Assembly: GCA_965200095.1 (NCBI GenBank)
Contig: OZ241350.1
Coordinates: 2,763,761 to 2,827,760, forward strand
Direction: 5' to 3'
DNA length: 64,000 nt
From: Alphaproteobacteria bacterium
GTDB lineage: Bacteria > Pseudomonadota > Alphaproteobacteria > UBA7887
Position numbers and translations under genes: made by a program
Part shown: positions 1 to 10,165 of the stretch, in pieces
Layout of the letters: the number at the start of each line of letters is the position of its first letter
How positions within the stretch are numbered: the first letter of the stretch is position 1
The notes under the pieces: model-generated
Seen by the model: only the letters and a program-made list of their open reading frames with translations
The model's database searches: none
Told to the model about the DNA's origin: nothing

Positions 1-37
1 CGTAACGGAAGGGGAGAGCACACGAATTTATCGCCAG

Positions 38-360
38 GAGACCTCTGCATAACCGGTTTCGCTTGCGGCAGGATCGCGTTCCCGCGTTTACGACGCTCCC
101 GAACCTGCCGTCGGATCATAACGATGCACGATGAAATTGCGAAAACCCGCCCTCTCTCCCTCTTTCCCGCGAAAGAGCGTGTGAAGAAATTGGACGCCTC
201 TCACAAATAACGGCGGGGACGCCGAAGATTTGTCGCAGAGAAAGACAATAGCCTGCCGACAACACTTCGTCATTCCCGCGAAAGCGGGAATCCAGTCTTC
301 CGTTTCCGCAGGAAAAACATCGGAGAGTCTTGCGCGTGCCGCCTCTGGATTCCCGCTTTC
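38..360. repeat. Left part of a composite non-coding repeat element (GAGACCTCTGCATAA end, dRS3-like palindromes, IS-end motif); diverged paralog of 40830-41573
   Basis: GAGACCTCTGCATAACC at 38 matches 40830, and the next ~150 bp align loosely (both have aattgcgaaaaccc..ctccctc.ttcccgcgaa.gagcgtgtga). Full palindrome at 272-291, half palindromes at 163-174 and 349-360. Confidence 0.8.
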
Positions 361-2011
361 GAGCGTGTGAAGAAATTGGTAGCGCGCGGGATGTCGTTGT
401 GATTCGATGGTTTTTGAGGTCAGGCGAAGGGGGTTTCGATGTCGGATGGTAGCGGGGCGCGGTGTTTGCGTCCGAACCGCGATCAGCTGGAATGGCGGAT
501 GGTCGATCTGGACGGGCTGCTTCCGCCGGACCATCGGGCTCGTGTGGTTTGGAGTTTCGTGGAAGGTCTGGATCTGAGCGGTTTCTACGCACAGGTGGGT
601 TCTCGCGCGTATGGGGCGGGTCGTTCCGCTGCGGACCCTGCGGTTTTGTTGGCGTTGTGGCTTTTCGCGACTCTGGAGGGGGTGGGTTCGGCGCGCCGCC
701 TTGCGGAGCTGTGCGAGCGTGACATTTCGTATCGGTGGCTGTGCGGCGGCGTGAGCGTGCATTATCATGGTCTGAGCGATTTTCGGAGTGGGCATGGGGA
801 ACTTCCGGATGGTCTTTTGAGCGAGCAGGTTGCGGCGCTTGTGGCTTCGGGTCTGGTGGGTCTGGACGAGGTTGCGGTTGACGGCACGAAGGTTCGCGCG
901 AGCGCGGGTTCGGGCTCGTTTCGGGGCGAGGGGGGCTTGTCGCGCTATGAGGCTGCGGCCCGGGTCCGGGTTGCGGCGCTAAAGTCGGAGTTGGAGAGCG
1001 ACCCCGGGGCGGTGTCGCGTCGTCTTCGGGCAGCGCGGTCGCGGGCTGAGCGCGAGGTGGAGGCGAAGGTCGCGTCGGCCCGGTCGCAGCTTGCGGCGTT
1101 GCGTGCGGAGAAGGCGTCTCGGTCGCGGACCCACAAGCAGGCGGAGAAGGCGAAGCCGGCGCCGAAAGTGTCGACCACGGATGCGCCGGCGCGCCGGATG
1201 CGGTTTGCGGACGGGGGTGTGGGCGCGGGCTACAACCTGCAGTTTGCGGTGAGCGCCGACAGTCATGTCATCGTGGGGGTCCAGGAGACGAACCGTCGCA
1301 ACGATGCGGGTCTGGCGGGCGCGATGGTCGAGCAGCTCGAGCGTCGCTATGGGCGTTGCCCGGATCGTTTGCCGGTGGATACGCGTTACGCTACCCGGTC
1401 GGAGCTGTTGGGCCTGGGGGAGAAGGGGGTCGAGGTCTACATGCCGCCGCCGGCGGAGAAGGCGGATGCGAAGGTGGAGAGTGTGCGGCGTCGCGCGCGG
1501 CGGCGGTCTTGCGAACCGGCCTTGTTGCAGGCGTGGCGCGGGCGCATGGCGAGCGATGCGGGGCGGGCGGTGTATCGTCGCCGCTTGCGGGTCGAGGCGG
1601 TGAACGGGGTTGTCGAGAGACGGGGATTGGGCCGGCTTTTGCTTCGCGGGCTTGCGAAGGTGCGTGCGGTGGCGTTGCTGCACGCTGTGGCGCATAACTT
1701 GTGGCGCGGCCATCGGCTCGCCTGTGCGGCCTGACAGGCGCCGCCCCTTGCGGGGTCCTGCGCCGGAAGGGGTTTTGAATCGGGCCGGCGCAAGCCCCTC
1801 TTCCGATGTCCGGGGCGGACTGCCCCTGCGAGACGGCCCCGCCGGACTGGGAAATATCGCTCCGGGGGAATTTTTCCTCAATACCCTTCCGCCTGCATGA
1901 CGAGGAAGGTTCGCCCGATTTGTGTTATGGGGGAATCCTGTCTTTTTACGCCGCCGATCCCCCGGCGCGCCAACCGTCATAATGCAACAGACGGAATTTC
2001 TTCACATGATC
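361..2011 (+). mobile_element. IS1182-family insertion sequence
   Basis: Imperfect terminal IRs GAGCGTGTGAAGAAATTGG (361) and the reverse complement of GATCATGTGAAGAAATTCC (ending 2011) enclose an IS1182-type transposase. Both flanks are half palindromes. Confidence 0.8.
439..1734 (+). CDS. IS1182-family DDE transposase
   Basis: DUF772-like N-terminus (DLDGLLPPDHRARVVWSFV..DP.VLLALWLFA..GVGSARRL..RDISYRWLCGG), VAVDGTKVRASA, STTDAPARRM, GYNLQFAV, YRRRLRVEAVNG..RGL.KV. Confidence 0.9.
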   Translation: MSDGSGARCLRPNRDQLEWRMVDLDGLLPPDHRARVVWSFVEGLDLSGFYAQVGSRAYGAGRSAADPAVLLALWLFATLEGVGSARRLAELCERDISYRWLCGGVSVHYHGLSDFRSGHGELPDGLLSEQVAALVASGLVGLDEVAVDGTKVRASAGSGSFRGEGGLSRYEAAARVRVAALKSELESDPGAVSRRLRAARSRAEREVEAKVASARSQLAALRAEKASRSRTHKQAEKAKPAPKVSTTDAPARRMRFADGGVGAGYNLQFAVSADSHVIVGVQETNRRNDAGLAGAMVEQLERRYGRCPDRLPVDTRYATRSELLGLGEKGVEVYMPPPAEKADAKVESVRRRARRRSCEPALLQAWRGRMASDAGRAVYRRRLRVEAVNGVVERRGLGRLLLRGLAKVRAVALLHAVAHNLWRGHRLACAA

Positions 2012-2154
2012 GAAAGCGGGAATCCGGAGGCGGCCGTCCGCAATATCGACCCGGTGTTCTTACGGAACCGCCGCAACGGATTCCCGCTTTCGCGGGAATG
2101 ACGAAGAGTGGTAGGGCCTTTCAATTTCTTCACACGCTCTTTCGCGGGAATGAC
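2012..2154. repeat. dRS3-like palindrome unit plus IS-end motif
   Basis: Half palindrome 2012-2024, ~56-bp spacer homologous to those at 41026-41082 and 41212-41268 (reverse strand), full palindrome 2080-2099, reverse end motif ending 2139 followed by TTTC-GCGGGAATGAC. Confidence 0.85.
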
Positions 2155-2183
2155 GAGTACTTGAGTGTCCGTTTCGGACCAGG

Positions 2184-2726
2184 TTATTGTTTTTTCTGGC
2201 GTGTCAGCCTTCGCAGCAGGATTTGGATGCTTCCGATAAAGAGCCATGTCCGGGCCGTGGCGACAGTCGCGCCATCGCGGTCCCGGATGTCGGCGGGATG
2301 GACCGGGGCCGCGACGAGCAACCCGCCGGTGTCGGTGACGATATGCCGCTTGCGGCCCTTGACCTTCTTGCCGGCGTCGAAGCCGCGCGGACCGCCGCTC
2401 TCCGTCGTCTTTGCCGATTGGCTGTCGACGATGCCGGCCGACGGGCCGGTCGCCCGTCCCCCGGACATGCGCGACGCCATCGCCAGGCGATGGTGATCGA
2501 CACCCATAAGCCGCTATCGCGCCACGCCGCGAAATACCGATACACCGTCCGCCATGGCGGAAAGCCCTTCGGCAACATGCGCCACGGGCAACCGCACCGC
2601 AGGACGGACAAGATCGCGTTCGCGACCTCGCGCAGGTCGGTCCGACGCCGCCGCCCGAGCGGTTTGCTCGGCGGCATGGCGGGCGCGACCGGGCGCCATT
2701 CGGCGTCGTCCAGGTCGCTTGCATAG
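2184..2726 (-). pseudogene. IS5-family (IS1031/IS427-like) transposase remnant, frameshifted and truncated
   Basis: One frame gives YASDLDDAEW..P..GRRRRTDLREVANAILSVLRCGCPWRMLPKGFPPWRTVYRYF; another gives PSAGIVDSQSAKTTESGGPRGFDAGKKVKGRKRHIVTDTGGLL. 5' end cut by ISAs1; C-terminal catalytic half missing. Confidence 0.85.
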
Positions 2727-3922
2727 CAGGGCGATTCAATGAAGCGATGGGCCATAGGGGGTGACAGGATTTTCGGGACGATATACAAGGTGTTGTGGGT
2801 TTGGTTTCGAGGGTGTCCAGGATGTCGGCTTCCGAGGGTTCGGGCGAGAGTTTGTGGGATGTTTTGGGCGAGATACCGGATCGCCGCGGGGCGAAGGGGC
2901 GTCGGTATTCGTTGCGTTCGGTTCTGGTTCTGACGCTTGCGGCGATGCTTTCGGGGGCCAACGACCTGCGCGCGGTGTATCGCTGGGGCCGTCGCTTGCC
3001 GGAGGATGCGTTGTCGGCGCTGGGTCTGTCGGATGCTCCGCGCCATGCGACGTATCGCTATTTTTTCAAGGCGCTGGATGTGGAGGCGGCGGAGCGTGTG
3101 CTGGGGTCGTGGGCTTGCGGCTGCGATGCTCCGGGTCATGTTGCTCTGGACGGCAAGCGCCTGCGGGGCAGCGCGCCGGCGGGTCACGACGGGCGCAAGG
3201 GGGTTCATCTTGTGTCGGCGTTTGCCGGTCGTCCGGGGCTGTGATTGGGCAGTTGCGGGTTGCGCCGGAGGGCAACGAAGCGGCGGCGGCTCTGGCGTTG
3301 CTCAAGCGTCTGCCTCTCAAGGGCGCGGTTGTGACCGGCGATGCGGCGTTTTGCCGGCGCGCCCTGTGCGAGGCGATCCGCGACGGGGGCGGCGACTATT
3401 TGTTCGCCGTCAAGGCGAACCGGCCGGGTTCGATGTCCGACATCGCCGTTTCCTTCGGCGATGCTTTTCCCCCCTGAGCTGAACGCGGCGCTGGGCGGCG
3501 CTTCGCCGCAGGCCCTCCTGGCGGCCCCGCCGCCCGACGTCGAGTATGCCGAGACCGTGGAGAAGGGCCATGGTCGCATCGAGCGGACCCGCGAGCGCGC
3601 CGGCAAGACCTCCCGCGCGGTTTCCTGGGCGGTGACGAGCTTGCCCCGGGCCCGCGCCGGCCCGGAAGAGCTGCTCGCTCTCGTCCGCGAGCACTGGGGC
3701 GTCGAAAACCGGCTCCACTATCGCCGCGATGTCGCCTTGCGCGAAGACGCCAGCCGTGTCCGCGCCGGCAACGCGCCGCAGGCGCTGGCGGCGTTGCGGA
3801 ACGCCATGCTGCGGCTCGTGCATTCCCTGCCGGGTTCCCTTGCCGCCATCCGCGAAGCCTTCGCGGAAGACCGTCCCCACGCCATCGCTACCACAAAACA
3901 CGGGGTTCTTTGAATTGCCCTG
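2727..3922 (+). mobile_element. ISAs1-family (H-repeat) insertion sequence
   Basis: IRs CAGGGCGATTCAATGAAG (2727) and reverse complement CAGGGCAATTCAAAGAAC (ending 3922); CAGGG ends are typical of ISAs1. Confidence 0.85.
2795..3913 (+). pseudogene. ISAs1-family transposase spread over three frames
   Basis: LGEIPDRRGAKGRRYSLRSVLVLTLAAMLSGA; VALDGKRLRGS..HLVSAF; VVTGDAAFCRRALCEAIRDGGGDYLFAVKAN; EKGHGRIE; REHWGVENRLHYRRDVALREDASR. Frameshifts near 3240 and 3470. Confidence 0.85.
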
Positions 3923-3993
3923 GGCGCCGAACCGCAACGGTTCCGTTCCGGCGCGTGCGCCGTTATGGTCGCGCGCGGATTGCAGGGGGTTTC

Positions 3994-5520
3994 ATGGACG
4001 ATACCGCGCGCGACGACGCGGCCTGGACCGTCAAGCGCCGCGTCGGGCTGTGGCTCGGCGCCGGCGTGTTCGTCCTGATCGAGGCGCTGCCGGCGCCCGA
4101 AGGGATGCCGGCCGCCGCCTGGCATTGCGCCGCGGTGGCGCTGCTCATCGCCGTCTGGTGGGTCAGCGAGGCGATCCCGCTTTCGGCCACCGCGCTGCTC
4201 CCGGCGGCGCTGTTCCCGGTGCTGGGAGTGCTGTCCGTCGCCGACGCCGCGGCGCCCTATGCGCACCGCGTGGTGCTGCTGCTTCTCGGCGGGTTCGTCA
4301 TCGCGCTGGCGATGCAGCGCTGGGGGCTGCACCGGCGCATCGCGCTGCTCATCGTGGCGCAGGTGGGCAGCCGGCCCGAAAACATCGTCGGCGGGTTCAT
4401 GCTCGCCTGCGGGCTGGTGAGCATGTGGGTGTTCAACACCACCACCACGATCATGATGCTGCCCATCGCGCTGTCGGTCATCGACCTGTTGCGCAGCGAC
4501 GACGCGGCGCCCGAACACGAGACCGCGCGGCGCAACTTCGCGACCGCGCTGATGATCGGCGTGGCCTACGCCGCCACCATCGGCGGCAGCGGCACCCTCA
4601 TCGGCACGGCGCCGAACGCCGTCCTCGCCGGCTTCATGCAGGAAACCTACGGGGTGGAGATCGGCTTCGCGCAGTGGATGACGGTGGGCGTCCCGATGGT
4701 CGCGCTCATGCTGCCGGGGGCGTGGCTGGCGCTCACCCGCATCGCCTTTCCCATGCGGATGCCGGCGGTCTCGGGCCACGGCGCGCTGATCCGCGAACGG
4801 CTCGCCGCCCTGGGACCGATGTCGCGCGGCGAGCGCATCGTCGCCGCGACGGTCGCCGTCGCGGCGCTCCTCTGGGTGTTCCGCCCGTTTATCGACGACG
4901 CCCTGCCCGGCATCGCCCTGAACGACACGAGCATCGGCCTGGCGGTCGCGGTGGCGCTGTTCGTCATTCCGGTGGCGCCGCGCAAGGGCGTGTTCGCGAT
5001 GAGCGGCGAATGGGCGACGAAGATCCCCTGGGGCGTGATCGTGCTGTTCGGCGGCGGCCTGTCGCTGGCGGCGGGGATCAAGGGGTCGGGCCTCGCCGCC
5101 TGGATCGGCGACGCGACCGGCGGCGTCGCGGCGCTGCCGACGCTCGCGGTGGTCCTCGCCATCGTGACGCTGATCGTCTTCCTCACCGAACTGACGAGCA
5201 ACACCGCCACCACCTCGACCTTCCTGCCGATCGTCGCGGGCATCGCCGTAGGCATCGGCGAAAACCCCTTCCTGCTGGTGTTCCCGCTGGTGCTCGCCGC
5301 CAATTGCGCCTTCATGATGCCGGTGGCGACGCCGCCCAATGCGGTGGTGTTCGCGAGCGGGCACATCACCGTCGGACAGATGATCCGCGGCGGCATATGG
5401 GTGAACCTCATCGGCATCGCGGCGGCGACGCTCATCGCCTACACAGCGGTCGGCCTCGCCTTCGGCGTCGAGCCCGGCGTGCTGCCGGAATGGGCGACGC
5501 CCCGGGCGCCGGATGGATAG
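3994..5520 (+). CDS. SLC13/DASS family Na+-dependent dicarboxylate/sulfate symporter
   Basis: WWVSEAIPLSATALLP, LLLGGFVIALAMQRWGLHRRIAL, SMWVFNTTTTIMMLPI, AYAATIGGSGTLIGTAPN, LTELTSNTA, AFMMPVATPPNAVVF. Confidence 0.92.
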   Translation: MDDTARDDAAWTVKRRVGLWLGAGVFVLIEALPAPEGMPAAAWHCAAVALLIAVWWVSEAIPLSATALLPAALFPVLGVLSVADAAAPYAHRVVLLLLGGFVIALAMQRWGLHRRIALLIVAQVGSRPENIVGGFMLACGLVSMWVFNTTTTIMMLPIALSVIDLLRSDDAAPEHETARRNFATALMIGVAYAATIGGSGTLIGTAPNAVLAGFMQETYGVEIGFAQWMTVGVPMVALMLPGAWLALTRIAFPMRMPAVSGHGALIRERLAALGPMSRGERIVAATVAVAALLWVFRPFIDDALPGIALNDTSIGLAVAVALFVIPVAPRKGVFAMSGEWATKIPWGVIVLFGGGLSLAAGIKGSGLAAWIGDATGGVAALPTLAVVLAIVTLIVFLTELTSNTATTSTFLPIVAGIAVGIGENPFLLVFPLVLAANCAFMMPVATPPNAVVFASGHITVGQMIRGGIWVNLIGIAAATLIAYTAVGLAFGVEPGVLPEWATPRAPDG

Positions 5521-6373
5521 CGCCCCGGACATGGACATCGAACACCGTTTCGCGCCGCTTTCCGGCGTCACCCTGCATTACGTCACGGCGGGCGCGGGGG
5601 AGCCGGTGGTGCTGCTGCACGGCTTCCCGCAGACCTGGGCCGCATGGCGGCGGGTCATCCCCGCCCTGGCGGCGCGGTATCGGGTCGTGGCGCCGGACCT
5701 GCGCGGCCTCGGCGCGTCGTCGCGGCCCGCCGGCGGCTACCGCAAGAGCCGCGTCGCCGAAGACGTCTGGGAGCTCGCGAACGGCGTCCTCGGCTACGAC
5801 CGGTTCATGGTCGCGGGCCACGACTGGGGCGGGCCGGTGGCGTTCGCGCTCGCCGCCGCGCATCGCGACGCGGTGCGCAAGCTCGCAATCCTCGATGCGA
5901 CGATCCCCGGCGACGGGACCGACCTGTTCTCCACCTCGCAGGGGCGCTGGCATCACGGCTTCCATCGCACGCTCGACCTCCCGGAGGCGTTGCTCGCGGG
6001 GCGCGAGCGCATCTATGTGACGTGGTTTCTCAGGGCGTTCGCCGCGCATCCGGGCGCCGTCGACGACGCTACGGCGGAGGAATATGCGCGCGCCTATGCG
6101 CAGCCCGGCGCCATGCGCGCGGCCCTCGCCTATTACCGCGCCATCCCGCGCGACATCGCCGAGAACGAGCGCGCCGTCGCCGCCGGCAAGCTCGAAATGC
6201 CGGTGCTCGCCCTGGGCGGCGGGGAGAGTTTCGGGCGACGGGAACTGGCGCTCGAATCGCTGCGCCGGGTGGCGAACGACGTGCGCGGGGGCGTCGTCGC
6301 CGGCTGCGGCCATTTCATCCCCGAAGAGAAGCCCGAAACGCTCGCCGCGCAGTTGCTCGCCTTCTTCGGCTGA
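5513..6373 (+). CDS. Alpha/beta-fold hydrolase, epoxide hydrolase/dehalogenase-like
   Basis: LLHGFPQT oxyanion motif, PDLRGLG, nucleophile GHDWGG, YYRA, C-terminal GHFIPEE. Confidence 0.88.
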   Translation: MDSAPDMDIEHRFAPLSGVTLHYVTAGAGEPVVLLHGFPQTWAAWRRVIPALAARYRVVAPDLRGLGASSRPAGGYRKSRVAEDVWELANGVLGYDRFMVAGHDWGGPVAFALAAAHRDAVRKLAILDATIPGDGTDLFSTSQGRWHHGFHRTLDLPEALLAGRERIYVTWFLRAFAAHPGAVDDATAEEYARAYAQPGAMRAALAYYRAIPRDIAENERAVAAGKLEMPVLALGGGESFGRRELALESLRRVANDVRGGVVAGCGHFIPEEKPETLAAQLLAFFG

Positions 6374-6478
6374 CGCGGCGGGTCGGCTTCGGCCGTTCCC
6401 GGGATCGCCGCTGGCGGGGGCGCCGCGGACAGGGCATGGTAGGGCGCGAGGACGGGAGACGACGGAAGGAGGCCGCGC

Positions 6479-8044
6479 ATGTATGTGACCCAGGGGCTGA
6501 AGCGCGCCGCCCAGGTTCGCGGCGACACGGTCGCGACCTGCGACGGCGACCGGGCGCGCACCTGGCGCGAATGCGCGCAACGGGTCGCCCGTCTGGCGGC
6601 GGCGTTGCGCGGTTTCGGCGTCGTCGACGGCGAGCGCGCCGCCATCCTGGCGCTGAACGGCGACCGCTATTACGAGGCGATCTACGGGACCGCCTGGGCG
6701 GGCGGGGTCTTCGTCCCGGTCAACACGCGCCTGGCGCCGGCGGAGATCGCCTATTGGGTGAGCGACAGCGAGTCGCGGGTGCTGTTCTGCGACGACGCCT
6801 TTGCGCCGGCGGCGCGCCGGCTGAAGGACGAGGGCGCGATCCCCTCGGTGGAGCGGATCGTGTGGATGGGGACGGGAAACCCGCCCGACGGCGCGGTCTC
6901 GCACGACGCCATGATCGACGCCGCCGACCCGGCGGAGGACGCCGGGCGCGGTTACGACGATCTGGCGGGCCTGTTCTACACCGGCGGCACGACGGGGCGC
7001 TCGAAAGGAGTCATGCTCAGCCATCGCAACCTGGTGTTCAACGCCTTCAACACCTTTTCGGCGTTCCGCATCGATGTCGACGCGCGCTGGCTGCACGCCG
7101 CGCCGATGTTCCATATCGCCGACTGCGCCGCCGTCTTCGGCATCACCCAGACCGCCGGCAGCCACTACTTCATCCCCGCCTTCGACCCGGTGGCGGTCAT
7201 GCGGGCCACCGAGCGCTATCGCGTCACCGACCAGCTGCTGGTGCCGACGATGTGCAATATGCTGGTGAACCACCCCGACATCGGGAAATACGACCTGTCC
7301 AGCCTGCGTCACGTGGTCTATGGCGCGTCGCCGATGCCCGACGCGGTGATCCTGAAGGCGATGGAGGCGCTGCCGGACTGTTCCTTCAGCCACGCCTACG
7401 GACAGACCGAATGCGCGCCGCTGGTTACCGCCTGCGGCCCCGAATATCACGTGATGGACGGCCCCCACGCGCACCGCTACCGCTCGGTCGGCCAGGCGGT
7501 CCCGGGGGTGGAGATCAAGGTCGTCGACAAGAACGGCGCCGAGGCGCCGCGGGGCGAGGTGGGCGAGATCGCGGTGCGCGGCGCCAACGTCATGATGGGC
7601 TACTGGCGCCGGCCCGACTTGACGGAAGAAGCGCTGCGCGACGGCTGGATGCACACCGGCGACGGCGGGACGATGACCGAAGACGGGTTCGTCTATGTCG
7701 TCGACCGGATGAAGGACATGATCATTTCCGGCGGCGAGAACGTCTATTCCGCCGAGGTGGAGAACGCGGTGCACGAGCACCCCGCGGTGGCCGAATGCGC
7801 GGCGATCGGCGTGCCGGACGAGAAATGGGGCGAGCGCGTGCACGCCGTGGTGCGGCTGAAGGACGGCGAGACGCTCGACGGCGAGGCGGTCATGGCGCAT
7901 TGCCGCGAGCGCATCGCCGGCTTCAAATGCCCGCGCAGCGTCGAGTTCCGCACCGAACCCATGCCGCTTTCGGGCGCCGGCAAGATTTTGAAGACCGAGC
8001 TCCGCAAGCCCTGGTGGAGCGGACGCGACAAGCAGGTGAATTAG
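6479..8044 (+). CDS. Long-chain fatty acid--CoA ligase (ANL adenylating enzyme)
   Basis: YTGGTTGRSKGVMLSH P-loop, YGQTE, GWMHTGD, DRMKDMIISGGENVYSAEVE, SGAGKILK. Confidence 0.93.
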   Translation: MYVTQGLKRAAQVRGDTVATCDGDRARTWRECAQRVARLAAALRGFGVVDGERAAILALNGDRYYEAIYGTAWAGGVFVPVNTRLAPAEIAYWVSDSESRVLFCDDAFAPAARRLKDEGAIPSVERIVWMGTGNPPDGAVSHDAMIDAADPAEDAGRGYDDLAGLFYTGGTTGRSKGVMLSHRNLVFNAFNTFSAFRIDVDARWLHAAPMFHIADCAAVFGITQTAGSHYFIPAFDPVAVMRATERYRVTDQLLVPTMCNMLVNHPDIGKYDLSSLRHVVYGASPMPDAVILKAMEALPDCSFSHAYGQTECAPLVTACGPEYHVMDGPHAHRYRSVGQAVPGVEIKVVDKNGAEAPRGEVGEIAVRGANVMMGYWRRPDLTEEALRDGWMHTGDGGTMTEDGFVYVVDRMKDMIISGGENVYSAEVENAVHEHPAVAECAAIGVPDEKWGERVHAVVRLKDGETLDGEAVMAHCRERIAGFKCPRSVEFRTEPMPLSGAGKILKTELRKPWWSGRDKQVN

Positions 8045-8096
8045 AGGCGGAGCGGAGCGGTTTGTCAGCGGGCGTCCTGTCGGCTATAGCCGTCGC

Positions 8097-8936
8097 ATGA
8101 TCGCGCGCACCTGGTTCGAAGGCGAATGGCGCGACGGCGCGCCGCCGGTGCAGGGCGCGCTGACGCAATCGTTCATGCACGGCACCACCGTGTTCGACGG
8201 CGCGCGCGCCTTCGCGCGCCGGGCGCCGGACCTCGACCGTCACATGGCGCGGCTTCTGCAATCGGCCGCCGCCATGGGGCTGGATACCGACCTCGACGAG
8301 AAGACGCTGACCGACCTGGCGATAGAGGGAATCCGGCTGTTCCCGCCCGCGGCGGAGCTTTACGTCCGCCCGGCGATGTGGGCGGAGGACGGGTTTCTGA
8401 CGCCGGAGGGCCGGGCGCGTTTCGCGCTCACCCTTTTCGAGGCGCCGATGCCCGACCCGTCGGGCCTGAGCGTGTGCCTGTCGCCGTTCCGGCGCCCGGA
8501 CCCCGACATGGCGCCGACGCTGGCCAAGGCGTCCTGCCTCTATCCCAACACGGCGCTCGCCCTGAAGGACGCCGCGGCGCGCGGCTTCGACAACGCGATA
8601 ATGCGCGACGGCGCAGGGAACGTAGTGGAGTTCGGCACGTCGAACCTGTGGCTGGGGAAGGACGGCGCCGCGGTCACGCCGGAGCCCAACGACACCTTCC
8701 TCGCCGGCGTCACCCGCCGGCGGGCGATGGCGCTGTTGCGCGAGGCCGGGGTCGAGGTGCGCGAAACCCGCGTGACGTGGGACGATGTCCTCGGCGCCGA
8801 CGAAGTGTTCTCCACCGGCAATCTGGGCAAGGTCCTGCCGATCGCGCGCGTCGAGGACCGGGATTTCCAGCCCGGCCCGATATTCGCGCTCGCGCGCGAG
8901 TCCTATTTCGCCTGGGCCGCCGGCCAGACCGTCTGA
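8097..8936 (+). CDS. PLP-dependent class IV aminotransferase (branched-chain amino acid aminotransferase-like)
   Basis: VFDGARAF..PDLDRH, KASCLYPN (PLP lysine), EFGTSNLW, FLAGVTRRR, EVFSTGN. Confidence 0.88.
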   Translation: MIARTWFEGEWRDGAPPVQGALTQSFMHGTTVFDGARAFARRAPDLDRHMARLLQSAAAMGLDTDLDEKTLTDLAIEGIRLFPPAAELYVRPAMWAEDGFLTPEGRARFALTLFEAPMPDPSGLSVCLSPFRRPDPDMAPTLAKASCLYPNTALALKDAAARGFDNAIMRDGAGNVVEFGTSNLWLGKDGAAVTPEPNDTFLAGVTRRRAMALLREAGVEVRETRVTWDDVLGADEVFSTGNLGKVLPIARVEDRDFQPGPIFALARESYFAWAAGQTV

Positions 8937-8965
8937 GCGACCCCGAACCCCCGGAGACACCGGCC

Positions 8966-10165
8966 ATGATGAAGATCGCTTCCGTCGAAACCCTGCATGC
9001 GGATGCGGGGTGGCGCAACTTCTCGTTCTGCAAGATTACGACCGATGACGGCGTGGTCGGCTGGAGCGAGTTCCAGGAGGGGTTCGGCTCTCCGGGCGTG
9101 ACGGCGGCGATAGAATCGCTCGCGGCGCAGGTCGTCGGCGAGGACGCGCGAGCGCCCGAACGCCTCTACTGGCTGCTCTACGCGGCGACGCGCCCGGCGG
9201 CGGGCGGCGTAGTGGGCCAGGCGATCGGCGCCATTGAGAACGCCCTCCTCGACATCAAGGCGAAGCATTACGGAATCCCCGTCCACGAATTGCTCGGCGG
9301 GGCGGTGCGCGACCGGGTGCGGGTCTACTGGTCGCATTGCGGCACCTACCGCATACAGGACCCGGACGCGCACGCCGCGCCGCCCCTGACCTCGCTCGAC
9401 GATGTGCGCGCGCAGGGGCGCGAGGCGCGCGAGGCGGGCTTCACCGGCCTGAAGACCAACGTGTTCCTTTTCGACGACGGGCCGCGGCTCTGGGCGCCGG
9501 GCTTCAACATGCCCTCCGGCAAGCCCGACCTGAACGTCGAGCGCAAGGTCATCGACGCGCTGCGGGCGCAGATCGAAGCGTTCCGCGAGGGCGCCGGCCC
9601 CGACATGGACATATTGCTGGACCTCAACTTCAACTTCCGCACCGAGGGGCTGTTGCAGATCGTGGACGCGCTCGACCCGTACAAACTGTTCTGGTACGAG
9701 ATCGACTCCTACGACCCGATCGGCCTCGCCGAGGTGCGCCGCGCCTCGCGGACGCCCATCGCCGGCGGCGAGACGCTGATCGGCCTGCGCGAGTTCAAGC
9801 CCTATTTCGACAACCGCTCGATGGACGTGGCGATTATCGACGCGGTGTGGAACGGCGTCGCGCAGTCCATGAAAATCGCGGCCTTTGCGGAAGCCTGCGA
9901 GATCAACGTCGCGCCGCACAACTTCTACGGCCACCTGTGCTCGATGATGAACGTCCACTTCGCCGCCGCCGTGCCGAACCTGCGCATCATGGAGATCGAC
10001 GTCGATCAGGTGCCGTGGCGGGACTCGCTGTTCACCGCCGCGCCGCAGATCGAGAACGGCCATGTCGTCGTGCCCGATACCCCCGGCTGGGGGTGCGAAC
10101 CCGACGAAAAGGCGCTCGCCGCGCACCCGCCCCGGGGCGCCCGCGGCATCACCCACCGGCGCTAG
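8966..10165 (+). CDS. Mandelate racemase/muconate lactonizing enzyme family protein (enolase superfamily)
   Basis: KITTDDGVVGWSE, AIENALLDIKAK..PVHELLGG..RDRVRVYWSH, GLKTN, LLDLN, WYEID, PIAGGE, VAPHNFYGH. Confidence 0.9.
   Translation: MMKIASVETLHADAGWRNFSFCKITTDDGVVGWSEFQEGFGSPGVTAAIESLAAQVVGEDARAPERLYWLLYAATRPAAGGVVGQAIGAIENALLDIKAKHYGIPVHELLGGAVRDRVRVYWSHCGTYRIQDPDAHAAPPLTSLDDVRAQGREAREAGFTGLKTNVFLFDDGPRLWAPGFNMPSGKPDLNVERKVIDALRAQIEAFREGAGPDMDILLDLNFNFRTEGLLQIVDALDPYKLFWYEIDSYDPIGLAEVRRASRTPIAGGETLIGLREFKPYFDNRSMDVAIIDAVWNGVAQSMKIAAFAEACEINVAPHNFYGHLCSMMNVHFAAAVPNLRIMEIDVDQVPWRDSLFTAAPQIENGHVVVPDTPGWGCEPDEKALAAHPPRGARGITHRR

Noticed and set aside
88-795. ORFs 88-795, 116-592, 1897-2496 and 40921-41355
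   Set aside because: Open frames through palindromic repeats or antisense to the transposase; recurring peptides such as IPAFAGMT and FLHTL are just repeat translations.
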